The notes under the pieces: generated by a model | Seen by the model: the letters and a program-made list of their open reading frames with translations, nothing else | Told to the model about the DNA's origin: nothing | The model's database searches: none | Shown here: positions 46,751-56,126 of the stretch, piece after piece | Numbering within the stretch: the first letter of the stretch is position 1 | Layout: each line of letters starts with the position of its first letter | Assembly: GCA_014360655.1 (NCBI GenBank) | Contig: JACIXC010000001.1 | Location: 228,715 to 292,714, forward strand | Direction of reading: 5' to 3' | Length of the DNA stretch: 64,000 nt | DNA from: Actinomycetota bacterium | Lineage (GTDB): Bacteria > Actinomycetota > Geothermincolia > Geothermincolales > RBG-13-55-18 | Program-made: the position numbers and the translations under genes

Positions 46751-49117
46751 ATGAGGCTACTGCGCAGGAAACTTGTACGGGAGCTCAGGCAGGCGAAGTT
46801 CCGCTTCCTCGCCGTCTCCTCGGTGGTGGCCATCGGCATCATCCTCTTCACCGCCTCCTACATGTCCTACCTCAACCTCTCCAAGTCATACCAGCGCACC
46901 TACGAGGAGCTGCACTTCGAGGACCTGCTGGTGCGGGTGGAGAAGGCGCCGGAGAGGGCGGTGGAGCGGCTCCTCGCCCTGCCCAACATCGCCATGCTCA
47001 CCCCGCGCATAAGCGACCCCCTGGGCATGGAGCTCGCCGACGGGACCCGCATCACCGGGCAGGTCATAAGCGTGCCGACGGAGGAACCCTACGTCAACAC
47101 GCTGTTCATGCTGGAGGGGAGGAAGCTCGCCGCACGCGAGCAGGAGCTCACCTGCCTGGTGGAGAGCCACTTCGCCGAGTTCAACCGCCTCGGCGAGGGA
47201 GACGTCATCTACGCGGTAAAGGGTGGCAGCAGGCTGCCGGTGAGGATCGCGGGGGTGGTCTCCAGCCCGGAGTACATGGTGGTCTTCCGCAGCCGCCAGT
47301 TCCCCATGACCTCGGCTTCCGTCTACGGCGTGTTCTACATGAACCAGGACCAGGCCCGCTATCTCCTGGGTTATTCTTCCAGTTCCTATAACGAGTTCGC
47401 CTTCCTCCTCAAGGACTACTCGCTGCTGGAGACCACGCAGGCCCAGGTCAGGGAAGTCCTCGCCCCCTTCACCATCCTGGAGGTGACCACGCGCGACAAC
47501 CAGATCTCGCGCAGCCTCATGGAGATGGAGGTGCAGCAGTTCCACGACTTCGCCCTCTTCTTCCCCATCCTCTTCTTCACCATCGCCGCCTTCAGCATCT
47601 ACATGATCCTCTCGCGCATGGTGCGCATGCAGAGGTCCATCATCGGCCTCATGCGGGCCCTGGGGTACCCGGCCCGCTCCATCCTGCGGCATTACCTCTC
47701 CTTCGCCTTCATCGTGGGGGCATTCGGGATAATCGTGGGCAGCCTGCTGGGGGTGGCCGCCACGGCGCTGGTGTCCAAGATCTACGCGGACACCATCGGC
47801 ATCCCCTTCGTCCACTTCGGGGTCTACCCGCAGGTCTTCGTCTACGGGACTTTCCTCGCCATGGGTTTCTGCGGCCTGGCGGGATTGATACCCGCCCGCC
47901 AGTCCGCCTCCGTGCAGCCCACGGAGGCCCTGCGCGGGGTGGTGGACGTGGCGCACTACGGCAAGCGCTCCCTGGCGGAAAGGGTGCTGCCGTCCCTCTC
48001 CCGCCTGCGCGTCTTCTGGAGGCTGCCGCTGCGCAACGTCTTCCGCAACCGCAGGCGCACCGCCTTCACCGTGGTGGGCATCGTCTTCGCCGTCATCCTG
48101 GTCATGATGAACCTGGGGATCAACGATACCGTGCACGCCACCATGGACATGGCCTTCAACCGCCTCTTCACCTTCGAGATCGCCGCGCTCTTCCTGGAAC
48201 CCCAGACCAGGGTGACGGAGAGGAAACTGGAAAACATTCCCGGAATAACGCAGGTGGAACCCACGGTAGGATACCCCTGCACCATAAGCAACGGCGGGAA
48301 CGAGGTGGAGAGCGTCGTCATGGGCGTGCTTCCCGACACGGTGATGCGCGGTTTCCTCGACGAGAGGAACAGGAAGGTCCTCATCACCCCCAACCACTGC
48401 CTGCTGAGCCGCAACTACCGGGAGCAGCTGGGCGTGGAGGTCGGCGACGCGGTGACCGTCACCTCGGGGAGGCGCAAACGCGACTTCATAGTATCCCAGT
48501 TCATCATGGAGCCCATGGGATCCTTCATCTACGCCCCCGTGGACGAGGTGCGTGACCTGCTGGGTTACGGGATGCGCTCCTCCGCCTTCTACCTGAAGAT
48601 CGATCCCGGCTACTACCGGGAAGTGCGGGACACCCTCAACTCCATGCCCGGCGTGCTCGCCCTGGTGGACCTGGAGCAGATACAGGCGGAGATCAACTCG
48701 TACATGGCGCTCATGTACATCCTCATCACGGTGATGCTCATCTTCGGGCTGACCATGGCGTTCACCCTGGTCTTCAACACCTCCACCATCAACATCATGG
48801 AGCGGGAACAGGAGGTGGCCACCATGCTCACCCTGGGGGTGCCGCACTGGAAGGCCTCCCTGTCGCTCACCCTGGAGAACGCCATCATGGGCCTGCTGGG
48901 GCTCCTGCCGGGGTATGTCGCGGCGCGTTTCGTCATGCAACAGGCCATGCGCCTCTACGAGAGCGACCTCTTCTCCTTCACCCCCGTGATATCGCCCTGG
49001 ACCTACCTGGTGACCGCCGTGCTCGTCCTGGGGCTCATGGTGCTCTCGGAGTTCCCCTCCCTGCGCTACATACGGGGACTCGACCTGGCGCAGTCCACCA
49101 AGAGGCGTTCTCTATAG
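46751..49117 (+). CDS. FtsX-like ABC transporter permease (two FtsX/DUF214 domains, MacB/YtrF-type)
   Basis: 788 aa. N-terminal TM1, a large extracytoplasmic domain and a 3-TM FtsX bundle, duplicated. No ABC ATPase gene lies within 10 kb. Confidence 0.8.
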   Translation: MRLLRRKLVRELRQAKFRFLAVSSVVAIGIILFTASYMSYLNLSKSYQRTYEELHFEDLLVRVEKAPERAVERLLALPNIAMLTPRISDPLGMELADGTRITGQVISVPTEEPYVNTLFMLEGRKLAAREQELTCLVESHFAEFNRLGEGDVIYAVKGGSRLPVRIAGVVSSPEYMVVFRSRQFPMTSASVYGVFYMNQDQARYLLGYSSSSYNEFAFLLKDYSLLETTQAQVREVLAPFTILEVTTRDNQISRSLMEMEVQQFHDFALFFPILFFTIAAFSIYMILSRMVRMQRSIIGLMRALGYPARSILRHYLSFAFIVGAFGIIVGSLLGVAATALVSKIYADTIGIPFVHFGVYPQVFVYGTFLAMGFCGLAGLIPARQSASVQPTEALRGVVDVAHYGKRSLAERVLPSLSRLRVFWRLPLRNVFRNRRRTAFTVVGIVFAVILVMMNLGINDTVHATMDMAFNRLFTFEIAALFLEPQTRVTERKLENIPGITQVEPTVGYPCTISNGGNEVESVVMGVLPDTVMRGFLDERNRKVLITPNHCLLSRNYREQLGVEVGDAVTVTSGRRKRDFIVSQFIMEPMGSFIYAPVDEVRDLLGYGMRSSAFYLKIDPGYYREVRDTLNSMPGVLALVDLEQIQAEINSYMALMYILITVMLIFGLTMAFTLVFNTSTINIMEREQEVATMLTLGVPHWKASLSLTLENAIMGLLGLLPGYVAARFVMQQAMRLYESDLFSFTPVISPWTYLVTAVLVLGLMVLSEFPSLRYIRGLDLAQSTKRRSL

Positions 49118-49281
49118 GGCGGTTCACCCTCCCGGCCGAGCCATTGCGCCGGGCAGCGCTGACGGAAGCGGGTGGTCAAGGTCATGGGAAACAGCAGTCG
49201 TGATGGGCTTTGCCCCGTGCTCGCCCTTCGGGAGGGACGGGATCGGTGAAACCGGCGCGCATGCGAAAAGCCGCTGAACCG

Positions 49282-49695
49282 TCACTCCTCCTCGTCACAT
49301 TCCTGGAGGTAGCACTCCGTGCAGTAGACGAAACCGGCGTGCAGCCCTTCCGTAACCCCCACGAAAAGCCATTCCTGGGCCTCGAAACAGTGGCCGCAGC
49401 GCGTGCAGAGCGAGCCCGCCCTGATCTCTATACCCAGGGTACGCTCCTCCACCCCCGGCTCCTCGACGGCCAGCGCGGGCTGCAGGCTCAACACGCCCCT
49501 GGGGATCTCGTCGTCGGCAGGGCGGCATCCCGTGCAGTAGAGGTATTCCCCTACCTCGTCCACCTCGGCGGCCAGGGAATAGACCTTCTCCCCGGCACGC
49601 AGCCTTCTGCCGCATCCCTCGCAGACGCCGCCGCCGCTCACCAACCTGCCGCTGATGAATTCCCTCATGCGCACTCTCCCCGCCCGGGAAGGCAC
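49282..49695 (-). CDS. Cys-rich zinc-ribbon protein (hypothetical)
   Basis: Four CxxC pairs (CEGCGRRL...CTGC; CTRCGHCF...CTEC). Acidic C-terminus. The start may be the internal MREF. Confidence 0.4.
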   Translation of the reverse strand: MPSRAGRVRMREFISGRLVSGGGVCEGCGRRLRAGEKVYSLAAEVDEVGEYLYCTGCRPADDEIPRGVLSLQPALAVEEPGVEERTLGIEIRAGSLCTRCGHCFEAQEWLFVGVTEGLHAGFVYCTECYLQECDEEE

Positions 49696-49747
49696 CTTAA
49701 AGGCACTTTAAAGGCACCTGGGACCATTTTACCGCGCGGGGGAGAGG

Positions 49748-50878
49748 ATGTCGTCACCTGCGGGTGTTATAAAGGATTTGAAAGGGGGCGATATCTTGCC
49801 CAGGACCGGCATTGCCCATCTTCCCCTGCACGGTGGGAAGGCGCCGCGCTGGCTCTTCGAGCGCATGGTCCGCCTCTCGGGGGAGATACTCTCCTGGATA
49901 GTGGAGGAGAACGGGCCGCGCGCCGCCCTGGAACGCTTCTCCGATCCCCACTGGTTCCAGGCCCTGGGGTGCGTGCTCGGCTTCGACTGGCACAGCTCGG
50001 GCGTGACCACCACCACCTGCGGTGCCGTGAAGGAGGCGCTGCGGCACCGTGACTACCTGGGCCTCTTCGCCGCCGGGGGCAAGGGCGCCGCTTCGCGGCG
50101 CACTCCCAGCGAGATAGAGGAAAGGGGGGAGCGAGCCGGCCTGGGTGAGGCCATCCCCTCCCTGGTGCACGCCAGCCGCATGTCGGCCAAGGTGGACAGC
50201 AACGCATTGCAGGACGGCTACCAGATCTACCACCACTTCTTCCTCTTCACCCGCGAGGGGGACTGGGCCGTGGTGCAGCAGGGCATGAACGAGGCGAACG
50301 GTTACGCCCGCCGCTACCACTGGCTGTCCTTCGCGGTGAGGGATTTCACCGAGGAACCGCACAGCGCCATATGCTCCCAGGGCCTGGGGGGCGCCGCCCT
50401 CAACCTGGTGGCGGCCGAGAGCCGGGAGACTCGCCAGGCCCTGGGCGAGCTCTCCTCCCGCAAGCCCGATAGAACCGTCGCGGAACTGGAGCGCCTGCGC
50501 AACCTGCGCCTTCCCGCCCGCCACCAGGTCCTCCTGCGCGACCTGCACCCGGATCACATCCGCAGGGTGCTCCTCAGAACCTACGAGCGCCAGCCCGAGG
50601 ACTTCGCCACCCTGCTGGGCATGCCCGGCGTGGGCGCGAAGACCCTGCGCGCACTGGCCCTCATCTCCGAACTCGTCTACGGCACCTCGCTGAGCTGGCG
50701 GGATCCGGCCCGCTTCAGCTTCGCCCACGGGGGCAAGGACGGCCACCCCAACCCCGTGGACCGGGAGACCTACGACGCTACCATCGCCTTCCTGGAACGG
50801 GCGCTGCGCGCCTCCCGCGTGGAGGGGCGGGAGAAGGACGCGGCCCTGCGCCGCCTGCACCGCTTCTACCGGTCCTAG
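49748..50878 (+). CDS. DUF763-like conserved hypothetical protein
   Basis: 376 aa. Balanced composition, unlike the G/A/P-rich antisense ORF. Blocks HLPLHGGKAPRWLFERM and FDWHSSGVTTT are recalled as DUF763-like. Confidence 0.45.
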   Translation: MSSPAGVIKDLKGGDILPRTGIAHLPLHGGKAPRWLFERMVRLSGEILSWIVEENGPRAALERFSDPHWFQALGCVLGFDWHSSGVTTTTCGAVKEALRHRDYLGLFAAGGKGAASRRTPSEIEERGERAGLGEAIPSLVHASRMSAKVDSNALQDGYQIYHHFFLFTREGDWAVVQQGMNEANGYARRYHWLSFAVRDFTEEPHSAICSQGLGGAALNLVAAESRETRQALGELSSRKPDRTVAELERLRNLRLPARHQVLLRDLHPDHIRRVLLRTYERQPEDFATLLGMPGVGAKTLRALALISELVYGTSLSWRDPARFSFAHGGKDGHPNPVDRETYDATIAFLERALRASRVEGREKDAALRRLHRFYRS

Positions 50879-50914
50879 GGCGTCCGCCTCTCGGCTTGTC
50901 GCTTTCCCGGTCGT

Positions 50915-51000
50915 TCGCTTTCCGTGATGTTCGTTTTACGTGAAGTTCGTTTTGCGTGATGTTCGTTTTGCGTGATGTCTGCCCCGTGCGAGGTTCGCTT
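50915..51000. repeat. Degenerate ~16-bp tandem repeats (GTTCGTTTTGCGTGAT-like, at least four copies decaying 3')
   Basis: gatgttcgttttacgt / gaagttcgttttgcgt / gatgttcgttttgcgt / gatgtctgccccgtgc, then weaker copies. Located about 200 bp upstream of the bS22 gene. Confidence 0.6.
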
Positions 51001-51153
51001 CGCCGGGAGGTCGTTTCTTTTGCGATTTTCGCGATCCGCTCCGCCGGGAGCTCTCTTTCGTGGGAGGCTCTCTTCCCCGGCTAAACCTCCGGCACGTGCA
51101 ATCCCCGGGATGTGGATGGGAACCGGACACGGTCTTTGGCCTCGTCGCGGGTT

Positions 51154-51164
51154 ATTGTATAATG
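51154..51164 (+). promoter_or_regulatory. Candidate promoter -10 (TTGTATAAT) for the bS22 small ORF
   Basis: Consensus TATAAT hexamer with an adjacent TG, about 40 nt upstream of the GTG start. Confidence 0.4.
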
Positions 51165-51206
51165 AATGCGGTCATGTAAGCAGAGCGAGCTAAGAGGTGG
51201 TCGTCT

Positions 51207-51302
51207 GTGAGTTCGGTGGTGAAGAAGCGCCGCAAGAAGATGCGCAAGAAGAAGCACAAGAAACTCCTGAAGCGAACCCGCTGGCAGAGGCGGAACAAGT
51301 AG
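51207..51302 (+). CDS. Ribosomal protein bS22 (AURKAIP1/COX24-domain small basic protein), 31 aa, absent from the ORF track
   Basis: VSSVVKKRRKKMRKKKHKKLLKRTRWQRRNK closely matches mycobacterial bS22 ([33 protein letters not shown]). GTG start with an AAGAGGTGG SD 6 nt upstream. Confidence 0.75.
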   Translation: MSSVVKKRRKKMRKKKHKKLLKRTRWQRRNK

Positions 51303-51907
51303 TAAAACGCCTCGCGCTGATGGAGGGGCGGCGCCTGCACGGCCGGCGCACACGCAGACGCTTCCTGCGGGATGGCAAGCGTATCGATGTCCGCATGGAG
51401 CTTGTCAATCTCTTCCTCCCGAAAACGATCCAGTTGCAGGTGAGAGCTCCGGCACCTTCGCTCCCGCATTGACGGAGCCATGCGACCCGTTAAACCCGCA
51501 TCTTTTGCATGCCGGTATTTCCCGATCGATGGAAGAAAATTACCGCGGGATGGCGGAAAGGTACAGCCTTCCCCGCAGGCGTCCTTTTCAACCTCGCTCT
51601 CGCCCGGGAAACAGGATGCGTCGCCATCGGCGAGTTTCCCGTGCTGGGTGCCATGTCCATGACCGGCATCGCGTATCCGGCCATCCAACACCGACGATAC
51701 CCGCACCTCGCAGAGGAACCCCTTCTTGTGATCCCTCCGGGCGGCGATCACCGCGCCCCGGGGGCACATGTCTTTCCCCCCTCCCCGAGAATCTCCTGGC
51801 TCTTTTCCCGCCTGTAACCGGTTCCGGCACCGCGGCAATGTCCTGGTCCCCGCGACAAGCGACACGATCCTTCATGCGCAGCAGGATTTCTGGGATAATG
51901 TTGCCTG

Positions 51908-53563
51908 GTGTCGCACATGAAGGATAAGGTCACGGGTCAAGCGGAGTCGCGCATGAAGAAACCGGGAATGCGGTTCATGGCAGCCCTCCTGGCCGCGCTC
52001 GCCCTGGCGGCGGCAGCCCCCCCTGTCCCGGGAAGAGCGGCGCAAGCGCCCTCGCTTCTCTTCCGCGTCGACCTTTCGGAAGGCGCGGTGGACTCGCTTT
52101 CGGTGACCCTCGAATTGGAAGGAGAATCCGGCGTGGCGGTGCTGCGCATGGAGGATTCCTACGGCGAGGGGCTGGCGGCCGACCTGTCCTCGCACGTCTG
52201 CGAGGAGAGGGCAACGGACGCTTCGGGGCGGGAGCTGCCCATACGCAGGGAGGGCAATACCTGGTACATGGAGCATGACGGCAAGGCCTCCTTCAGCTAC
52301 CGGGTGAGACTCTCCGGGTACGAGGCGGGCACCACATACATCTCGTCCCTGGCCGCGAGCGGCGCGCGCTGGCCCTACTTCCCCTTCCTGGAGGGCGACC
52401 TGGCCTACCTTCCCGGTTACGCCGTCTTCGTGCGGCCCGACCTCCCGCCGCAGACGCCGGTCGACCTGGAGGTGCTCCTCCCCGAGGGCTGGACGACGGC
52501 CGTCCCGCGCCGGGAGGGCCCGCACGAACTCGGGGAACTCCTCTCCGATCCCCTCCTCGCCGGGGAGATCACCGTGCTGGAGCGGGAAGGCCTCGTGCTG
52601 GCCCTTCCCTCCGCCTCCTCTCCCGCCGCGGGGACGCTCGAGGAATTCGCGGACAAGGTTGCCTCCGCCCTGGACCGCTTGCGGAGCGTGCTCGCGTCCG
52701 GCGGGGAGGCGTCCGGGGAAGCATCGCGGGACGGGGTGGTCCTTGTCGCGCTCCTGCGCGGCGAGGGCGACCGCGTGGAGGACGTGTTCTTCCTGCCGGA
52801 ACCCTTCAGCCACACCGCGGTGCTGGCGGCCCCCGCGGGCGTGGACATCCTCTCCGACGCCTGCCTGGAGGCCTCCGTGCGCGAGGCGGCCTCGCTCCTC
52901 CTGCGGCGCTCGCTATTACTGCAACCCGAGGCGAGGTGGTTGCTCGAGGGCGCCGCCTGGTACCTCCAGGGCCTGCTGCCCTACCGGGCGGGGACGTGGG
53001 GCGGCGCGCTCTTCTGGGACCGCTTCAGCCGGCGCTACCAGCTTTACCGGGAGGCCGCGGAGCGGAAGCCCGTTTCCCTCGCACAAGCCGGCTTCGAGGC
53101 CAACGCCGACGGGGATGCGGCCGCCGTCCTCATCTGCGGCGGCGCCGCTGCCTGCGCGGCGCTGGACGCCGAGCTCCACGCCCTGCAGCCGCAGGAACTC
53201 GATCTCGTATCGTTCCTCGCCCGCCTCGCCGAAATGGGCGGGGAGGAAGGCGGGCTGGGGAACGCGGACATCCGCTCGCTCCTCGAGACCCTGAGCGGGC
53301 GGGACTGGTCCTCGTTCTTCCGGGGCCACATCGAGGGAACGCGGGTGATCCCCGCCTCCGCCTTCTCCTCCCTGCGCGTCGCCGCAGAGGAGACACCGTC
53401 GCTCCCCACCCGGGGCAGCGGGGAATCCACCTCCGTCCCCGAGTGGATACTCCTGGCCGTCGCCGTGGCCCTGGTCCTGCTCATCCCCTTCCTCATGGAG
53501 CCCTACACCATGCGCCCGCGCAAGCCCGGCTTCCTGGAAAAGAAGCTGCGCGAGGAGGATTAG
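51908..53563 (+). CDS. Secreted, C-terminally membrane-anchored protein of unknown function, ending at an amber codon inside a tandem repeat
   Basis: Signal peptide (MRFMAALLAALALAAAAPPVPGRAAQA), an ~480-aa ectodomain, then the TM helix WILLAVAVALVLLIPFLM and a basic tail. The stop TAG at 53561 is the only difference from the CAG in the next two repeat copies. Confidence 0.6.
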   Translation: MSHMKDKVTGQAESRMKKPGMRFMAALLAALALAAAAPPVPGRAAQAPSLLFRVDLSEGAVDSLSVTLELEGESGVAVLRMEDSYGEGLAADLSSHVCEERATDASGRELPIRREGNTWYMEHDGKASFSYRVRLSGYEAGTTYISSLAASGARWPYFPFLEGDLAYLPGYAVFVRPDLPPQTPVDLEVLLPEGWTTAVPRREGPHELGELLSDPLLAGEITVLEREGLVLALPSASSPAAGTLEEFADKVASALDRLRSVLASGGEASGEASRDGVVLVALLRGEGDRVEDVFFLPEPFSHTAVLAAPAGVDILSDACLEASVREAASLLLRRSLLLQPEARWLLEGAAWYLQGLLPYRAGTWGGALFWDRFSRRYQLYREAAERKPVSLAQAGFEANADGDAAAVLICGGAAACAALDAELHALQPQELDLVSFLARLAEMGGEEGGLGNADIRSLLETLSGRDWSSFFRGHIEGTRVIPASAFSSLRVAAEETPSLPTRGSGESTSVPEWILLAVAVALVLLIPFLMEPYTMRPRKPGFLEKKLREED

Positions 53564-53803
53564 GCGTTTCTCCTGGCCGTCGCCGTGGCCCTGGTCCTGC
53601 TCATCCCCTTCCTCATGGAGCCCTACACCATGCGCCCGCGTAAGCCCGGCTTCCTCGAGAAGAAGCTGCGCGAGGAGGATCAGGCGTTTCTCCTGGCCGT
53701 CGCCGTGGTCCTGGTCCTGCTCATCCCCTTCCTCATGGAGCCCTACACCATGCGCTCGCGCAAGCCCGGCTTCCTGGAGAAGAAGCTGCGCGAGGAGGAT
53801 CAG
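53451..53803 (+). repeat. Perfect 120-bp tandem repeat x ~2.9 encoding a 40-aa TM-anchor module, in frame with the upstream CDS
   Basis: Copies at 53451, 53571 and 53691, period exactly 120 bp with 3-4 mismatches (TAG vs CAG vs CAG at the unit end). The in-frame ORF 53585..53899 continues through copies 2-3. Confidence 0.9.
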
Positions 53804-54323
53804 GCGGGGCAGGCCCCGAAGGTTGTGTCCAGGAGGGTGCCGCGAGGGCTTTTCCTACCGGGTGCGGCGGTCCCTGACCGGGGTGGTTCCGTGAACTGAA
53901 TTCTCTTGACTGTATGGTTACCTTGTGGTATCTTCTTTACGAGGGAATTGCGAGGTGAGCGGGCATAATGTCGACAAAAAGTGTGGCGGCGATAATGGGA
54001 GTTTTTTACAAACGTTTACGCGTTAATTGATCCGACCGCCGTGGGCGGTTGGACTTTTCATATCGGGCGCAGAGCGACAAAAAAAGGAGGCCAAGCGGGC
54101 GGACTTCACGAAAAGGGCGGAAGAGGGGCGAAAAGAGCTCGGCGTTTTCCTCCAGGGGAATCCAAGGGGAAGTCTTCAGGGCTCACTCGGCGTAGACATC
54201 GAGGCAGACCTCTCGGCATGAAAGCACTTTGCCATCGTCCATTCCTCTTTCCTCGCGAAGTCCTTCCACCGGCCGCAGAGGCGCACCCGGCCCGCGCGGC
54301 CGGAATAAAGAGGTTGAAGGAGG

Positions 54324-56126
54324 TTGCGGCGGATGAAAAGAAGCGCTAGGTGGGTAGTCTTTATCTCCATCCTCACCCTCCTCGCCGGGTTCCTTCTGAC
54401 GGGTTCCGTGCTGGTGCTCGCGGAGGGCGAAGAGGGAACCGCAGGCGGGGATGGGACCGGGGTTTCGGCCACGGAAGCCCCTATCGACACCACGGGCATG
54501 TCCAAGACGGGCGTGATAGAGGCGGTGGTGTGGGATGACTTCATAATAGAGGAGGTCTCGGACCCCGCGCAGGAGGGCATCAACGGCGTCACCGTCGAGC
54601 TTTACGTCCAGGACAAGAGCGGCGAGTGGAAGCTCTGGGGGAGCAAGGTGACCGGGGGCGGGGTTTCCACTACCCTTAAGGCCATTCCTTACGGCTTTGT
54701 GCAATGGAAAGAGCTCCCCGTGACGGTCGACTTAACAACCACTACCAAGTACAAGCTGAAACTGGTCTGCGACGAGGACATCGAGCCCCTGAACGGCGAC
54801 GAGAGGATCGTGCCCCTCAATGTCAGCAACTGGTGGAACTGCCGCTACCTCGAAGTAAGCGACAAGAACAAGAGGCAAGCCCTGGAGGTCGACGGCGTCT
54901 CCCTGCTGACGGAAGACGTCGGCTTCATCGAGGCGGTGGTGTGGGACGACGCCATCCTCGAAGACACCACGGACTCCTGCTCCGAGGGGATCAACGGCAT
55001 CACCGTGAACCTGTACCGGAAGAACAGGGACGGCGGATGGGACCTCTACGGCAGCAAGGTGACCGGAGCCGGGGGCTATTCCAAGCTCGTGCCCTACGGC
55101 TGGGTGGGCTGGAACAACCTGCCGGTGGTGAAGGACATACGCGCGACCACCCAGTATAAGCTGGAGCTGGTGACCAACGACACCTTCCAGGCCCTGAACG
55201 GCACCGAGAGGATCGTCAGGTTGAACGTCACCAACAACTACTTCCGCTGGTTCTTCGAGGTGGCCGACGACGCCGACCTGCGCGCCTTCGAGATAAGGAG
55301 CATCTCGGCCCTCCCCGTGGAGAACATCGGAAGGATCGAGGCCATGGTCTGGGACGACGCGGTGCTCCCCAAGGAGACGAACTCCCGCATGGAAGGCGTG
55401 GACGACATCATCGTCAACCTCTACAAGAAGGACGAGAACGGCGAGTGGCAGTTCTACGACAGCCAGAGCACCCACGCCGGGGGCTTCATCTGGCGCGCCG
55501 AGCACGGCTGGGTGGGCTGGGACAGCCTCCCGGTGACGGCCGACCTGCGCGTGAAGACCTACTATAAGCTGGAGATCATAACCGACCAGACTTTCAACCC
55601 GGTGGGCAGCACGGAGAGGATCATCTCGCTGGATTCCTCGAACCTCTGGTACCGCTGGTATTTCGAGGTGGCCGACAGCGCCGACCTCCAGGCCTTCCGC
55701 ATCCAGTCCACCACCGTTCTCATCTCCGGCACGGTGTGGCACGACATGAACGCCAACCTGGCGAGGGACTTCTATGAGCCGACGTGCGAGGGCTGGACGG
55801 TGATGCTCACCGACAGGTACGGGAGGAAAGTGGCCACGAAAACGACCAACAAGTGGGGTTACTACCAGTTCCGCGGCCTGAAACCCGGTACCTACAAGGT
55901 CTGGGTGAAGGATGCCCGGGGCTGGAACCAGACCTGTCCCTTCTACAAGCTGTGCACCTGGCCGCCGTACGGTTACAACAAGGGGCACTATGTCATCAAC
56001 GGCCAGGCCGGCAAGTACTACATCAACAAGAACTTCGGGATGCTGGACATGGACGGAACACTCCTTGCTCCCGTTGTTTACAGCCTCTGGTGGGTAGGGC
56101 TGTTGGCATACCAACTGATACCCTGA
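54324..56126 (+). CDS. Cell-surface protein with N-terminal anchor/signal, three ~135-aa internal repeats and a C-terminal Cna-B/SdrD-B-like domain
   Basis: Repeats start IEAVVWDDFIIEE, IEAVVWDDAILED and IEAMVWDDAVLPK, and each ends ...FEVADxADLxAF.I.S. The C-terminal region TVWHDMNANLARDFYEPTCEGWTVMLTDRYGRKVATKTTNKWGYYQFRGLKPGTYKVWV is prealbumin-like. Hydrophobic C-terminus. Confidence 0.6.
   Translation: MRRMKRSARWVVFISILTLLAGFLLTGSVLVLAEGEEGTAGGDGTGVSATEAPIDTTGMSKTGVIEAVVWDDFIIEEVSDPAQEGINGVTVELYVQDKSGEWKLWGSKVTGGGVSTTLKAIPYGFVQWKELPVTVDLTTTTKYKLKLVCDEDIEPLNGDERIVPLNVSNWWNCRYLEVSDKNKRQALEVDGVSLLTEDVGFIEAVVWDDAILEDTTDSCSEGINGITVNLYRKNRDGGWDLYGSKVTGAGGYSKLVPYGWVGWNNLPVVKDIRATTQYKLELVTNDTFQALNGTERIVRLNVTNNYFRWFFEVADDADLRAFEIRSISALPVENIGRIEAMVWDDAVLPKETNSRMEGVDDIIVNLYKKDENGEWQFYDSQSTHAGGFIWRAEHGWVGWDSLPVTADLRVKTYYKLEIITDQTFNPVGSTERIISLDSSNLWYRWYFEVADSADLQAFRIQSTTVLISGTVWHDMNANLARDFYEPTCEGWTVMLTDRYGRKVATKTTNKWGYYQFRGLKPGTYKVWVKDARGWNQTCPFYKLCTWPPYGYNKGHYVINGQAGKYYINKNFGMLDMDGTLLAPVVYSLWWVGLLAYQLIP

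Noticed and set aside
46886-48940. 684-aa ORF antisense to the FtsX permease
   Set aside because: His/Gly/Asp-rich shadow frame. The FtsX frame is hydrophobic and well structured.
49754-50860. 368-aa ORF antisense to the DUF763-like gene
   Set aside because: Gly/Ala/Pro-rich composition. The plus frame has balanced composition and conserved-looking blocks.
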